Made by a program: the position numbers and the translations under genes. 6,160 bases of DNA from Candidatus Woesearchaeota archaeon (GTDB lineage Archaea > Nanobdellota > Nanobdellia > Nanobdellales > Nanobdellaceae). The stretch lies in contig CAYXSZ010000041.1 of NCBI GenBank assembly GCA_964468425.1, positions 1 to 6,160 on the forward strand, given 5' to 3'. The notes under the pieces were generated by a model, which had not been told where the DNA came from, did not search any database, and was given only the letters and a program-made list of their open reading frames with translations. Shown one piece after another: positions 5,037 through 6,160 of this stretch (position 1 is its first letter; each line of letters opens with the position of its first letter).

Positions 5037-5118
5037 ATTCGACAAATTCAGAGCTCAGTTTCCATTTCTATCTTATTACAAATTATATTTCGGATTTTTG
5101 ACTTTAACTTACTTTAAT

Positions 5119-6160
5119 TTACTTTTTTGGTTTAAACTCCCATTCCCACATTCTTTGAGCTAACTTTCCGTCGTACATGAACTTTTCAATATTTACTTTC
5201 TCAACTCGTTTGTTTAATTCTTCTAAGAACTCCCAAATCTTCTTGGCAGTGTATTCTTTTAGCTCGCCAGTTAAGAGTTCTCCAGACCTGTATTTCTCTT
5301 CTAATTCTTTTAGCTTTTTGTCATCCTCCTCGAAAAGAACTCTCAACCAGAAGAAACAGACATCTATATCGGGATTTCCTCCGTATTTTCTGTGTTCTTC
5401 AAGAGAGGGTCTTCCACCTGAAAATGCGTATCTAAATATCTTCGATCTGATCATTTCATAATCGTCCGTCAAATAAATTGCGGAAGTCGGATCTGACGAA
5501 GACATTTTTGTGTACGGACCTTTTAATCCCCAAATGAACTTAGACAAAATCGTTGAACACTTCTTGTAACCGTATTTTTCTGCCAAGTCTCTTTGGAGCC
5601 TGAAATATGGATCTTGGTCTATTCCACAAGGAATTACACACCTTCCTTCTTCAAAGAACGTGGGAGCGATCTGAAGGGATGGATAGAATACCAAGCCAAT
5701 TGTGGTTTCTCCAGAGAAGCCAAATACCGCTTTAGCCGTGCTTAAATTTATGTCCCTTGCTATGTAAATGGCTGCGGTGTAAAGGTGTTTAATGTATTCG
5801 GAATCTACAAAGATGAATGTTCTATCGGGATCAAAACCAAGCGAAGCTATTATTTTCGCTTCCTTGTAAGCTCTTTCTCTAGTCTCCTCGTAGTTGTTCG
5901 TTTTCTTAGCCCAAAATTTTTCCTCGTCTGGAAGTTCTATATAAACGTTAACCTCGAACTTTTCCTGTAACCATTTTGTGAAGATGAATGGGATTAAATG
6001 ACCTATGTGCATCTCTCCAGAAGGGGCCCTTCCCGTATATAAAAAGAATTTTTCTCCTCGTTCGTATTCTAGTAATGCTTTATCGAACTCCCGATGAGCG
6101 TAGTAGAACTTTCTTTTGAGAAGCGGATGGAGATCTCCTGTGAACTTCTCAATTTTATCC
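5119..6160 (-). CDS. trpS: Tryptophan--tRNA ligase (archaeal/eukaryotic type), 5'-truncated by the window edge
   Basis: The frame stays open upstream of the track's Met at 6012 all the way to 6160: [65 protein letters not shown].... This is collinear with human TrpRS ...[29 protein letters not shown].... HIGH motif MHIGH, KMSKS variant KMSSS. TAA stop at 5119-5121. Confidence 0.93.
   Translation of the reverse strand, partial: [346 protein letters not shown]

Noticed and set aside
5177-5461. 94-aa Ser/Phe-rich ORF on the plus strand
   Set aside because: It is antisense to trpS. The low-complexity S/F/L composition indicates a shadow ORF.
5785-5970. 61-aa ORF on the plus strand
   Set aside because: It is antisense to the trpS catalytic core, so it is a shadow ORF.
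1-6160. AGATCT (BglII site) occurs 8 times (239, 1025, 1051, 1578, 1927, 2751, 4655, 6131), against about 2 expected from base composition
   Set aside because: All copies are inside coding regions and arise from common codon pairs (GAG-ATC-T, AGA-TCT, GGA-GAT-CT). After allowing for the 64 possible 6-bp palindromes the excess is marginal. It needs genome-scale k-mer statistics to mean anything.
1-6160. Search for CRISPR repeats, transposase, integrase or IS ends, toxin-antitoxin pairs or known defence genes
   Set aside because: None was found. There are no regularly spaced direct repeats and no terminal inverted repeats flanking a gene block. Every ORF of 60 codons or more in the track is either a housekeeping family, the single orphan, or an antisense shadow.

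Overview
This is a compact, AT-rich archaeal chromosomal segment. Hand counts of several 60-nt lines give roughly 35-47% GC, mostly about 37%. About 93% of the window is coding, and apart from one 307-bp spacer the intergenic gaps are 33 bp or less.

The archaeal assignment rests on four products: ribosomal protein L40e, an archaeal/eukaryotic-type TrpRS, TruD/Pus7 and a translin/TRAX-family protein. The only GC-rich piece is a tRNA fragment at the left edge, which fits a thermophile. Several proteins look divergent (an L40e insertion, altered TrpRS motifs), so a fast-evolving small-genome lineage such as Nanoarchaeota/DPANN is possible but unproven.

Gene order:
- tRNA, 5' part only (-)
- orphan 127-aa protein (-)
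- a five-gene plus-strand block: DUF457/YdjM membrane hydrolase, ThpR/LigT 2H phosphoesterase, L40e, M50 site-2 protease with PDZ, UPF0148 zinc ribbon
- truD and a C3PO-like translin gene on the minus strand, converging on and overlapping that block
- the 307-bp AT-rich spacer
- trpS (-), running off the right edge

I see no CRISPR array, transposase, integrase, recognisable defence genes or obvious foreign island, so this is mostly an ordinary housekeeping region. The items worth a second look are:
- the unexplained 307-bp spacer with several repeat and hairpin structures
- the truD/C3PO-like operon
- a tRNA promoter positioned for leaderless transcription
- the orphan protein
- the tight hydrolase-ThpR and S2P-UPF0148 couplings
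- a Gln-to-Glu change at a TrpRS substrate-contact position

All functional calls come from motif recognition by eye. No database search was run.
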